DNA from: Callorhinchus milii
Taxonomy: Eukaryota
Assembly (NCBI RefSeq): GCF_018977255.1
Contig: NW_024704743.1
Span: 72,976,001-73,040,000, forward strand
Reading direction: 5' to 3'
Length of the DNA stretch: 64,000 bases
Shown piece by piece: positions 35,001 through 45,516 of this stretch (positions are counted from its first letter, which is position 1; each line of letters starts with the position of its first letter). The notes beneath the pieces were generated by a model. It did not search any database. It saw only the letters and a program-made list of their open reading frames with translations, and was not told the origin of the DNA. The translations under genes were made by a program, and so were the position numbers.

Positions 35001-38000
35001 CTTCTCAGTAATGGATCCCAGGGCTGAGTCAGTGGGAGGGGGAAAGAAGGTAATCAAAGGCTTCCGTCTTATCAACATTCAGCTGAAGGAAATTTGCGCT
35101 CATTCAGCCCCTGATGTCAGACAGGCAGGCTGGCAGAATATCAGGGGACTGGGGGTCGCAATGTGAGGTGGGAAAATAGAGTCGGGTGTCATCCGCGTAC
35201 ATGTGGAAGTGTACCCCATGTTTGCGGATGACATCCCCAAGAGAGAGCATATAGATCAGAAAGAGGAGGTGGCCAAACCATTATTGAGGTCGTGCCCATA
35301 ACTGATGGCACATATTTACTAATGCTTATGAATAAATAAGATATGCTTACACCCAGCTACAGTTTTAAAGAATTACTGGAACTGGTAATACAAACAGTGC
35401 CTTTCATCACGACAGAATTTTCAACAACACCGTCATAGCTTTAATGATATCAATACCTAACACTGGTGAAACCTCTCCCAGCGATTGCCAGATAACTGCT
35501 GTATAATGTCGTAACTGTATTCGGAAGCAGACGGACCAGCAAATCTGCACACAGCAGCATCCCTCAAACAGGGTTAGTGGGACTCTTCCCACTTAGCTCA
35601 TGTTAACTCTGCAATCCAAAGCTCTAACAATGGATAGCAGGATAAGCAGCAGGAAGCTTGCCAGACAATGCTCTTAATGGCTAGCTATATTGTTTTAGCT
35701 GGTTAAATTCCAGCAATGATCCTGGGAATGGAAAACAATTCTCCTACTTTCCCCATTTGCTAGCTATCTTAAATTGCCACCCTCTACAACAACAAAATTA
35801 CATGTGTATAGCGCCTTTCATGTCGGGGGCTAGAGGAGAAACCTTTTGTGGAGATGAAGTGCAGGTGTGAGAGGTACAATCTGAACCATTCAAGGACAGA
35901 ACCGTGAAGGTTGAAGTGAGAGAAGAGGCGGTGGATGAGGATAGAGTGGTCAACGGTGTCGAAGGCAACAGAGAAGTCAAGGAGGATGAGGAGGCAGAGG
36001 GAGCCCTGGTTGCAGATGATGGAACCTATTCCATACACACAATAGGTGCTAAAGGCTGAATGCGATATGTCAAAAAACCTAAATTAACAGGCTGAACCTT
36101 GGTTTGTCCATGAATTTATACGAGGAAGAATTATTTGTACATATATATTATGCATATATATATAATATATTACATAATGGAAGGTTTCCCATGCAATCTA
36201 CTCAGTCTTTGTTCACAATATTACCAACAAGTTCTGAACAGCACTGCCCATATCACCAACCACCTGTTAAACTGATGGATTTATTTTTGCAAAGAAACCA
36301 ATTGTCAGTATCAAGCAACTAAGGCAGTACGATAAACTAATATCCTTCCTAAAGACCTCCAAAAACAATAAAGTCACTCCTTCACTCTGTGTAGGAGGTG
36401 ACACCTAAGTAGTATATGGATTTAGAAAAATCTGTATACAGCATTCTCATAACAGTCATTTACCAACATTGTAACATTATTTGATATGTTCAGCCTTAGA
36501 TAATATGTAACCTTTATATTTTGGCATCGTGTTTAATCCTTCCTACTGCAAATGCTGTGTGTAGCAAAATATTTTCAACAAGTGTCAAAATTTTAGAATC
36601 CACACAAATATTTGTGGGACAGATACAACTATACTTTTAACTACCATCTTTTTGGTCAACAGTCATTCACTATGGCACTAAAAGCTATGAAGTAATTCAC
36701 GACACCATTTCTTAAAGTCAAGTATAAAACGCCCAAAGTATTCTAAAAAATGACAGAGATTAGAAACAGATGTTAACTTTTCTAGGGTGAACCTATTTTA
36801 ACATACAATTTAAAGGAATGGCCTCTTGACTTAGATATATTCACAAAACCTAAACACATTTTGTCCCTTAACTATTGTGCGTATGGAGATGATGGATATT
36901 TGTACTGGGAAATGGAACACTGTCCTCATTTTGGGCTCTCAGAATCAGTGTCAAGTACTCAAAGTTTAAGTGAAGCGAGGTTAGATGCAGAACAAAGCTT
37001 TGATAAAGTGCCTTAACCCCAACTACACCATTGTATTATGTAGCTCAAAAAGGTTATTTTCAGATATAAGCTTGGACACAAATCTATCATAGTGTTCATT
37101 GTTTTACTCGGTTTATGCTATACTTACTGAAATACTAACAATCAAATGAAAACCTAGATATCCAACTGTAGGTTTTTAACAATAATAATAATTCTTGCAT
37201 TTGATATAGCACCTTATTACATCTTCAAGACATCTCAAAGGGTTTCACAGAATATACTGTAAAGTTAATTTAATGTATATTTTGTGGGCGAAACGTGGCA
37301 GCCAACTGCGCACAGCAGTGTCCCACAAGCAGTTACGGATTGAGTGAACAATTGTTTTGAAAGGATTATTACCCCCAGAAAGCACATGCAGAATATCATG
37401 ACTAAGGTAACAACATTGCAAATGAAGTAATCAAATATTCTTAACACTGTATCTTTTTGCACATTCATTTGCACTCCTCTAGATAAGGGATTTTAAGTAT
37501 TGAAAAATGTCCCATTTTTGGCACCTACTTTCAGCCTCAAGCAATTCCAGGTCGAGGAGAACCTAGATGGATGCAGATAAAGTAAACTAATGGGTGTGGA
37601 ACAGGTTTGATGGTCTGTATGACCTCTTCATGTTCATCCAAGTTCCCACGTGTGCATTACATAGTAACATAGGAATTCCTAGACAAAAAAGGCCAAGGTA
37701 CATTTAGTCTGCCCTCTACCATGCTACAATAATGGAGATGTTATTAGCAATTAATTCTGTATGGATTAGTCTATTATCACAGTGGAAAGGTTTGCAAACC
37801 TTGGATTCAAAGTTGCCTAGTACTTTCAAGCACGCTACACTTGTCACATTTCAAATTACTTACATACTGTATCCCAAAATATTATTTTCCAAAATAAATC
37901 TATCCAATTTTTATTTGAATGAATTGACACTATCTTCTTCCACCACATCCCTGCAAATTTAGCCTCTATGCTCTCTCCCTGGAGGGACGCGTCCTGCTTA

Positions 38001-40009
38001 CCTAATTCCAGAAAATATTAGGTGCAGGATGGCAGGAGCCAAGGCTCGGGGACACCACAGTGTGTGTTGGGGTACTGCCCGAGTCTAACCAGCTAAAAAC
38101 CATGCAGCTTGCCATTGATACTGCTGTCTGAAAAGCTTTCCCGCTGCTTGTCCCTTAGGGGTGGAGTCCTGTAGCTCAGTGGTTAGAGCACTCGCTTTGC
38201 AAGTGAGAGACCTGAGTTCAATTCCAGGCAGAGGGCGAAACCTTGGGCAAGTTTCCTTACTCCACACGCCTAATAATAATCCCTCCAAAACCCAAAACAA
38301 TAATAAATTGGTCATTTTCAATCTACGACTGTTTGTGGGGCACTGCTGTGCGCAATTGGCTGCCGCGTTCGCCCACAAATATACAGTCAATTCACTGTAC
38401 AGTGTGTTCTGTGAAGCGCTTCGGGACGTCCTCCCGACGTGAAAAGCGCTATATCAAATGCAAGGATTATTATGATTATTGTTATGATTATTATCCTTCA
38501 GAGCTATGACTTGCGGGGTTAATGGAAGCGGAGTGGGATGACTCACAACCCCCAGTGACTAGTCTGCCTTTCCAGGTCCTGCTGATGCACAGCAAGATGA
38601 GCAAACTAAGCACATCAGTGATGAGATATCACAAAGCTCGTCTTTTGTTGTTTGCCTTTTTAATCATTCAGAGCCTTCATGAACCTACAAAAAAAATGAT
38701 GCAACACCCAAAGGCTACCCACAGGGTCCTGCAAAGAAAAGTGGGGGGGAAATTCAGTCAGGAGGCCCCGTCACCTCACACACGCAGGTTATGTCTGACC
38801 AAAGCCGCCCCCCACCCCCGGAATACACGATGTGCTTCGGTTACAGTTGATGAGTGGCGCCCGGAATGGGCGGCGTTGCACAACGACTTTTCTGACACGA
38901 GCAAAAAAAAAATGCAGCGACTGGAATAAAATACGCGGAAATGCGGCCCCCACAAAAAAACGGGGTGGGGAGGGGGGAGAGGGGTGGGGGGGGGAGGGGG
39001 GAGGGGGAAAAGGGGTGGGGGGGGAGGAGAGGGAGGGGGGGGGGGGGGGACGGTGGGGGGGGACGGTGGGGGGGGATGGTGGGGGTAAACAGAACAGAGA
39101 TTTCTCGGTGCATCTGGAGATGTGCAGAGACCCCCTCTCCCTCCTCTCTCTCTCTCTCCCCCCCTCTCTCCCTCTCTCCCCCTCTCTCTCCCCCTCTCCT
39201 CTCTCTCCCCCCCTCTCCCTCTCTCTCTCCCCCTCTCTCTCTCCCTCTCTCTCCCCCTCTCCCTCTCTCTCCCCCCCCTCTCTCCCTCTCTCTCCCCCCC
39301 CTCCTCCCCTCTCTCTCCCCCCCCTCTCTCTCTCTTCCTCCCCCCCCTCTCTCTCCCCCCTTCCCTCTCTCTCTCTCTTCCTCTCTCCTCCCTCTCTCCC
39401 TCCCTCTCTCCCCCCCTCTCTCCCTCCCTCTCTCCCCCCTCTCCCTCCCTCTCTCCCCCTCTCCCTCCCTCTCTCCCCCCTCTCTCTCTCTCCATTCCTC
39501 CCCCCCCCTCTCTCTCTCCCCCCTTCTCTCTCTCTCTCCCTTCCCCTCTCCCCTTCTCTCTCTCTCTCTCTTCCTCTCCCCCCCCTCTCTCCCCCCCCCT
39601 CTCTCTCTCCCACCTTCTCTCTCTCTCTCTCTCCCCCTCTCTCCCCCCTTCTCTCTCTCTCTCTCCCTCTCCCCCTCTCTCCCCCCTTCTCTCTCTCTCT
39701 CCTCCCCCCCCTCTCTCTCCCCCGTTCCCCTCTCTCTCTCCCCCCCCCTCTCTCCCCCCCCCTCTCTCTCTCCCCCTTCTCTCTCTCTCTCTCTTCCTCT
39801 CCCCCCCCCCTCTCTCCCCCCTTCTCTCTCTCTCTCTCTTCCTCTCCTCCCCCCCTCTCTCTCTCTCTCTCTCTCCCTCCCCTCCCTCTCTCTCCCCCTC
39901 TCTCCCTCTCTCTACAGTACCGCGGGAGCTGCTGTCGGGTCGGGTCGGGTCGGTGGGTGTTTGCTATGAGTGCAGAGCTACATACCCCACCGTATCCAGG
40001 ATAAGCCAT
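19977..40009 (-). CDS. SRI: Sorcin (penta-EF-hand Ca2+-binding protein, sorcin/grancalcin family), whole gene span (8 coding exons, 612 nt, 203 aa)
   Basis: Exons on the minus strand: 40009-39986, 32276-32151, 29511-29442, 27888-27845, 26707-26560, 24790-24677, 23283-23225, 20003-19977. They join in frame into a Gly/Pro-rich N-terminus plus a PEF domain ([39 protein letters not shown]). The domain is more SRI-like than GCA-like; orthology was not tested. Confidence 0.88.
21425..21770 (-). mobile_element. Deu-domain SINE, degenerate
   Basis: Reverse-complement similarity to 55012-55450. Confidence 0.65.
22030..22750 (+). mobile_element. L2 3' fragment
   Basis: [32 protein letters not shown]. 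Confidence 0.9.
23225..23283 (-). CDS. SRI: Sorcin exon 7 ([20 protein letters not shown])
   Basis: ttttcag| acceptor and |gtgagt donor; 59 nt. Confidence 0.95.
24677..24790 (-). CDS. SRI: Sorcin exon 6 ([38 protein letters not shown])
   Basis: ttgttag| acceptor and |gtagat donor; 114 nt. Confidence 0.95.
25237..25806. mobile_element. Non-autonomous hAT-like DNA transposon (MITE)
   Basis: Imperfect terminal inverted repeats TAAGGGCTGCAATCC and GGGATTGCAATCAGTA; subterminal ATCCCGGGAT-like repeats; 8-bp target duplication GCCGTGCA (25229-25236) / GCTGTGCA (25807-25814). Confidence 0.75.
26060..26430 (-). mobile_element. L2 3' fragment
   Basis: [14 protein letters not shown]; (TTG)n tail. 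Confidence 0.8.
26560..26707 (-). CDS. SRI: Sorcin exon 5 ([16 protein letters not shown]...[20 protein letters not shown])
   Basis: ttaacag| acceptor and |gtaaat donor; EF2/EF3 loops; 148 nt. Confidence 0.95.
26708..27844 (-). other. U12-type (minor spliceosome) GT-AG intron 4 of the sorcin gene
   Basis: Donor GTATCCTTT; branch-point-like TTCTTAAT at 26727-26720; no polypyrimidine tract. Confidence 0.88.
27845..27888 (-). CDS. SRI: Sorcin exon 4 ([15 protein letters not shown])
   Basis: ttacacag| acceptor; 44 nt; followed by a U12-type donor |GTATCCTTT. Confidence 0.94.
29442..29511 (-). CDS. SRI: Sorcin exon 3 ([23 protein letters not shown])
   Basis: tttttag| acceptor and |gtgagt donor; EF1 region; 70 nt. 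Confidence 0.95.
30256..30566 (-). mobile_element. tRNA(Ala)-derived SINE, short subfamily
   Basis: Same head, body and tail as 16532-16861. Confidence 0.92.
30712..31050 (-). mobile_element. tRNA-derived SINE, long subfamily
   Basis: Same family with an extra internal segment (gtttatctagcagtaagtaggaaccc...). Confidence 0.85.
32151..32276 (-). CDS. SRI: Sorcin exon 2 ([18 protein letters not shown]...[13 protein letters not shown])
   Basis: cttttag| acceptor and |gtaagt donor; LYGYFxxVAG motif. Confidence 0.93.
38163..38494 (+). mobile_element. tRNA(Ala)-derived SINE, short subfamily, inserted in an unclassified repeat
   Basis: Near-identical to the reverse complement of 16532-16861. Confidence 0.92.
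39131..39913. repeat. ~780-nt polypyrimidine/polypurine (C/CT)n low-complexity tract
   Basis: + strand is almost exclusively C and T; I could see only three purines (39494, 39612, 39724). Confidence 0.95.
39986..40009 (-). CDS. SRI: Sorcin exon 1 (MAYPGYGG)
   Basis: ATG at 40009 and |gtatgt donor; family-typical MAYPG start within a GC-rich island. Confidence 0.9.
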
Positions 40010-40034
40010 AGCAGCGCTCCGTCAGTCTCTGGCT

Positions 40035-40217
40035 GTGTGGGTGTGGGGTGTGGGGGCGGTACCGGGGGGGGAGGGGCGGTGCCGGGGGGGAAGGGCGGTG
40101 GGGGGGGAGGGGCGGTCCCGGGGGGAGGGGCGGTGGGGGGGAGGGGGTCAACACGGAAGTGGCTTCTCACTGGGAACATTCCACTCTCCTGTGAGCGCGG
40201 GGGTTGTGGGGGGGGCG

Positions 40218-40253
<36 letters not shown>

Positions 40254-40625
40254 CGCGGGGGGGGGTGTGGGGGGGGTGTGGGGGGGAGGGGGGTGTGGGG
40301 GGGGAGGGGGGTGTGGGGGGGAGGGAGGGGGGCGCGGGGGGGGGGTGTGGGGGGGGAGGGTGTGGGAGGGGAGGGGGGGAGGGGAGGGTGTGTGGTGGGG
40401 GAGGGGGGGGTGTGGAGGGGGGGAGGGGAGGGTGTGGGGGGAGGGGGGTGTGGGGGGAGGGGGGGTGTGGGGGGAGGGGGGGTGTGGGGGGGGGAAGGGG
40501 TGGGGGTGTGTGTGTGGGGGGGAGGGGGGGTGTGGGGGTGTGTGTGTGTGGGGGGGGAGGGGAGGGTGTGGGGGGGGAGGGGGAAGGGGGGGTGTGGGGT
40601 GTGTGTGTGGGGGGGGGAAGGGGTT
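40035..40625. repeat. G-rich low-complexity tract (GGGGGGTGT/GGGGA units and a long poly-G run)
   Basis: Dozens of G runs on the + strand; a similar shorter tract lies at 38961-39085. Confidence 0.92.
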
Positions 40626-40863
40626 GCAATGGCCTCGAAAGCAGATCAGCAGTTTTCAGTGGCGGGGATTCAAATCCAAAACAAACGCTTCTCCATCGCC
40701 CAATCCCCGCTCCCCCCTCGGTCCCGGTGTTTTGCTTTTGCCGTTTTGTTCTCGTGTGGCTGCGGCCTATACCCCCCCCGTCCCCCCCCGTGTGAGTGTC
40801 AGGGCCGCGGCGCCGGGGGGGACCGTCTCAGGGCGCGGCTCAGGGGCTGCGGTGCAGCAATCG

Positions 40864-41185
40864 GTGCTGTGCGCTCTGTGCACTCAGTGCTCTGTGCACT
40901 CAGTGCTCTGTGCACTCAGTGCTGTGTGTGGTCAGTTTGTGCACTCAGTGCTTTGTGTGGTCAGTCTGTGCACTCAGTGCTGTGTGTGGTCAGTCTGTGC
41001 ACTCAGTGCTGTGCGCTCTGTGCAGTAGTCTGTGCACTCAGTGCTCTGTGCAGTCTGTCTGTGCTGTGCGCTCTGTGCTGTGTGCAGTCAGTCTGTGCAG
41101 TCAGTGCTGTGTGTAGTCAGTCTGTGCACTCAGTGCTGTGTGCAGTCAGTCTGTGCACTCAGTGCTGTGTGGAGTCAGTCTGTTT
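40864..41185. repeat. Minisatellite of 16-bp and 29-bp units built on GTGCACTCAGTGCT
   Basis: Direct tandem copies visible in the sequence. Confidence 0.92.
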
Positions 41186-42145
41186 GTCTGTATCATCACA
41201 TCATCAAACTATCCCAAAGTACTTTATAAGAAATTGCTGTCAAGTTAATGACTTTGTATTTGTAGGCAAACACAGCAGGTAATTTGTGCATAGTAATGCC
41301 CCACAAACAACCGTGAAATGAATGAACAATTTATCTGTAAGACTTTTGACCAGTACATCAGGATGATTATTATTATATCAGGTGGATGTTCTCCCTTGTG
41401 TTTTTAAATAGTACCATGGAATCATTAACATCCTCCTAAAGAGATGAACATAATCTCAGTTTAATATCTCTGATCATTTTGAAGCCAAACTTTTATTTTG
41501 TGCTTTTCCCTTCCTCAACAAATTGGAATCAATTCAATTAAAGGCATTTGAGGTAGGATATCTTCCTGTGAAACAGTATCGAAACAAATCCAGAGATTTT
41601 CAAAGTAGCAAAAATGTGAATGTACTGAAGATGGTTGCTCTTGTCTCATTGAACTGGAGTTCGGAAAAGTGAGCTGCTAATCTTTGCCAAGTCACCAGCC
41701 ATAGACACTGGTTGAAAGCTGGAAACTTGAACAGGACAAAAGAAAAAATCAGAGGGCGAGTGGCAGCAGTACATAACAATCCTCAGCTGATACAGTACTG
41801 ATTCCTACTTGCTCAGGCATGCATGCATTTTCTTCCAGCCTGGTGCAAAGCACAAACCTTTGAATAATTCACTTGGAGCCACTGAAGGATGTAGTGGGCT
41901 GCGCCGTACGTATGTTGTGACAGCAGTTGTACATGCAAATAAAGATCGACAAAGGCTGATTTTCAACAAGATGGGGAAAATGAGTTATAAAAGTTATATC
42001 CTATAATTTAACATGTTGTGCAGTACTTATAAGCTTTCTTTAAATATTTTTATTCATCACAAACATGATAGGAGTACAAGATAAATGAGGAGCAAAGATA
42101 AGTACTGATAGAATATTTTGCAAAATGAGATTTATTAAACTTGAA

Positions 42146-43369
42146 AGAATCATATTACAGGCCTGTCAGTTTAACGTCAGTTGGAGGGAAATTACTGGAA
42201 TCCATCATCAGGGACAGAGTGACTGAACATTTGGAGAGGTATGAACTTATCAAAGGAAGTCAGCATGAGTTTGCAAAGGGTAGGTCATGCCTAACTAATC
42301 TAGTTGAATTTTTTGAGGAAGTCACTAAAATGAGTGGCTATGGATGTTGTTTACATGGACTTTCGGAAGGCATTTGATAAGGTTCCACATAAACGATTAT
42401 TAGTAAAAATAGAAGCACACGGAATCGGAGGTAACCTTGTGACATGGCTTTGCAATTGGTTGGGAGGCAGAAAACAGAAGGTAGGAATTAAGGGAATGTT
42501 CTCTGATTGGGGGGTGTCCCCCAGGTGTCTGTACCTGGACCTCAGCTTTTTGCCATATACATAAATGACTTGGATGAAGAAATCAAAAGTTTTATATCCA
42601 AGTTTATATCTAAGATAGGCGGCTCAGCAAGTAGTGAAGATGGGAGTAGAAAGTTACAGAGGGACTTAGACAGATCAAGTGAGTGGCGAAGCTGTGGCAG
42701 ATGGAGTTCAATGTAGGGAAGTGCGAGGTCATCCACTATGGACCGAAAAAAGATAGGGTAGAATACTTTTTTGACAGGGAGAAACTAAGAGCTGTGGAAG
42801 AACAAAAAGATTTGAGTATCTATATCCACAAATCACTAAAAACACAGGAAAGATAGATTGGCCTTGGAGGGGGTGCACACAGGTTCACCAGAATGTTACC
42901 AGGCCAAAAACGGTTAAGTTATGAGGAAAGACTCCATAAACTTGGATTGTATTCACTTGAGTTTAGAAGATTGAGGGGTGATTTGATAGAGGGTTTTAGG
43001 ATGATAAAGGGAGGATAAGGTAGATGCAGAAAAGTTATTTCTTATGTTGGGGGAAATGCAAAACAAGGGGGCATAGCCTTAAAGTTAGAACCATGCCATT
43101 TAAGAGTGAAATTAGGAAGCATTTTTTCACTCAAAGGGTGGTAGAAATCTGGAACTCTCTTCCCCAAAAGGTCGTGAATGCTGGATCCATCCACTCCTTC
43201 AAGAAAGAGATTGACAGATTTTTGGTAGGTCAGGGTATTAAGGGATATGGGGAGAAAGCGGGAAATTGGATTTGAAATTCTAGTAAAGATATAGATCAGC
43301 CATGATCTAATTAAGTGATGGAATAGGTTTGACGGACTGAATGCCCTACACCTGTTCCTATGTTCCTAT
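42146..43369 (+). mobile_element. CR1-clade LINE fragment (frameshifted RT)
   Basis: YRPVSLTSVGGKLLE, GRSCLTNL, DVVYMDFRKAFDKVPH, FFTQRVVEIWNSLP; gttcctat tail repeat. Confidence 0.93.
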
Positions 43370-44391
43370 ATCATTCTCAGTAAGGGAAGCTGATAACAGA
43401 ATGGAGATAACAGCAGAAAAGAAGATGGTGAAAGGAATTTGATTAGAAATGAGAACAACAAGGCAATAAGAATAATAATCCTTTGCACTGTTTTAGCACC
43501 TTTCACGTTAGCAGGATATCCCAAAGCGCTTCACAGGATTTACTGTGAAGTGGAGTCACTGTGTATTTGTAGGTGAATGCGGCAACAATTTGCGCATAGC
43601 AATTTCCCATACAAAGTCATGAAGTGAATGACCAATTTTAATTGTGGGATTGTAGACCAGGACACGGGAAGAAACTCTCTTCTCTTTTTGAATAGTGCCA
43701 TGGAATCTTCACCGTCCACCTGAACGGGCAGACATGCCCACTATGAAGCCTGCAGCTGCTTCCCATTGCCACCATTCCACCTCACAGCCTGATCTGGACT
43801 TTGCAAATGGGCTGAAGGAATCCCCTCTGCTCAATCCAGATCCACTACAGCAAAAAGAGTATCAAATAACAAGCATTTGATAGTTGGTAACTTGATCTCC
43901 CAATTACCTTAAGGAATTGTTACTGTAGGCATTGAAAGTACATTGAAGGTCTGCCATTCAACATACTTGCACATACTGAAAAAGACAAAAATGCAGCGAA
44001 ATTCATTTCTGGCACTCATTTCACATCATATAGTCTTAAACGGGATCAGTACCGTATAAATACATATTGAGCACTGGAATTTGAAACTTGCGTAATATCA
44101 CATTTGTCCCTGCAGTATTGCTTTAAATCAGTCAGCAGAAGAAATTTCTCTGAATTATGGCCTAGTATCGACATACTGGAATTGATACTGATTTAATTGA
44201 TAAAGAACAATGCAAGCTACTGCTGACTGAAGTATGCAATTCAAACATTTTATATGGCTGTATAATTGTATAATTTGTTTCAATAAGTAAGGGTGAAACC
44301 ACACTGCATGATTGTTGCAAGAAAACCAGATGGAGAGAAGGCCCCACATGTAACAGAAAATGAAGTAGGAAATATTCAGAGACAAATTAAG

Positions 44392-45306
44392 TAACAATAA
44401 TAATCTTTGCATTTGATATAGCGCCTTATCACGTTTTCGAGACATCTCAAAGCGCTTCACAGAATATACTGTAAAGTGAATTGACTGTATGTTTTGTGGG
44501 CGAAATGCGGCAGCCAATTGCGCACAGCAGTGCCCCATAAAAAAAATGTTTTGAAGGAATTATTATCCCCGGAAAAGCGATCCCTAATCAGTTAATAACT
44601 GGGTTCCTACTTACTCTCTCCTCATCGGCCTTCCCAACTCTTCCCTTCACAAGCTGCAGATCATCCAAAACTCTGCAGCTCGTGTATTCTCGCACACCAG
44701 GCTCCTTGACCCCATCACTCCCACCCTCGCCCGACTCCACTGGCTCCCCATCCCTCAGAGGATCAAATTCAAGGTCCTCGTCCTAACATTCAAGGCCATC
44801 CATGGCCTTGCCCCCACCTACCTCTCTGACCTGCTGACTCTCTACCAACCTACCCGATCCCTCTGTTCGGCAGGTTCCAGTCTGCTCCATGTCTCCTGCC
44901 CTACCATTGGTGGCCGAGCTTTCAGCCTCTCTGTCCCCACATTCTTGAACTCCATCCCACAGTCCCTTTGCCTCAATTCCTCCCTTGCCCCCTTCAAGGC
45001 CGGACTCAAGACCCTTCTTTATGACCGTGCCTTCGGTCGCCCTCCTAACTCTCTGCCTTCCCTCATCCCTACCCCACCCCTCCCCCATTCTCGTGTCCTG
45101 ACCCCTGACTGTCTAGTGCTTTGGGACGTCCTCCCGACATGAAAGGTGCTCTATAAATATAATTTTGTTGTTATTGTTGTTACTGCTAGGTAAACAGAGG
45201 CGTGTGGAATAAGGAAACTTGCCCAATGTTTTGGCCTGCCCGGGCATCCAACTCAAGTCCTCTTGCTTGCGAGGCGAGTGCTCTAACCATTAACTACATG
45301 ACTCCA
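44392..45306 (-). mobile_element. Long-subfamily SINE split by a + strand L2 fragment (about 44615-45180)
   Basis: SINE 3' part at about 44392-44615 and 5' part at about 45180-45306; ttact duplicated at the junctions. Confidence 0.85.
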
Positions 45307-45516
45307 CAAAATAGACAATCTAATATTATTATTATCTAATAATTGAATAACACTTGCATTTGAAATACAGGAGTTCCTTATTACATCATTAAAAGTCTCA
45401 AAGTGATCCACACGATTTTCTATAGAGTGTTGTGACTGTATCTTTGCTGGAAAACACAGCACCAATTTGCACACAGCAATATCCGACAAAGTAAAAACCC
45501 AATTTAAATTTTCTTT

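Larger units (their letters stand above)
39920..40865 (-). promoter_or_regulatory. GC/CpG-rich promoter region of the sorcin gene with ETS-type site
   Basis: CpG-rich sequence around exon 1; CGGAAGTG at 40154-40161 (+) in a short unique island between G tracts; several GGGCGG boxes. Confidence 0.6.

Noticed and set aside
38163..38235. tRNA-Ala gene (also the heads near 16790-16861, 30495-30566, 53210-53281, 60731-60800)
   Set aside because: These have A/B boxes and an anticodon arm, but the acceptor stem is incomplete and each continues into a SINE body and tail.
38522..38929. 135-aa ORF containing MQHPK, reminiscent of the PRR22 start (a DUS3L neighbour in mammals)
   Set aside because: Only a five-residue match. 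The ORF begins in a repeat and lies antisense within sorcin intron 1, with no further similarity.
40864..41185. CRISPR-like array
   Set aside because: Tandem units have no unique spacers, there are no cas genes, and the context is eukaryotic. It is a minisatellite.
38776..41282. Long overlapping ORFs (221-557 aa) rich in G/R/E or P/L/S
   Set aside because: They come from stop-free low-complexity tracts open in nearly all frames. Only the 24-nt MAYPGYGG segment has a splice donor and family match.
41500..42000. Possible + strand exons (for example ttcttccag at about 41838 to gtacgt at about 41906)
   Set aside because: Splice-like signals are present but there is no recognisable coding content or linked exon chain, so this cannot be supported without RNA data.
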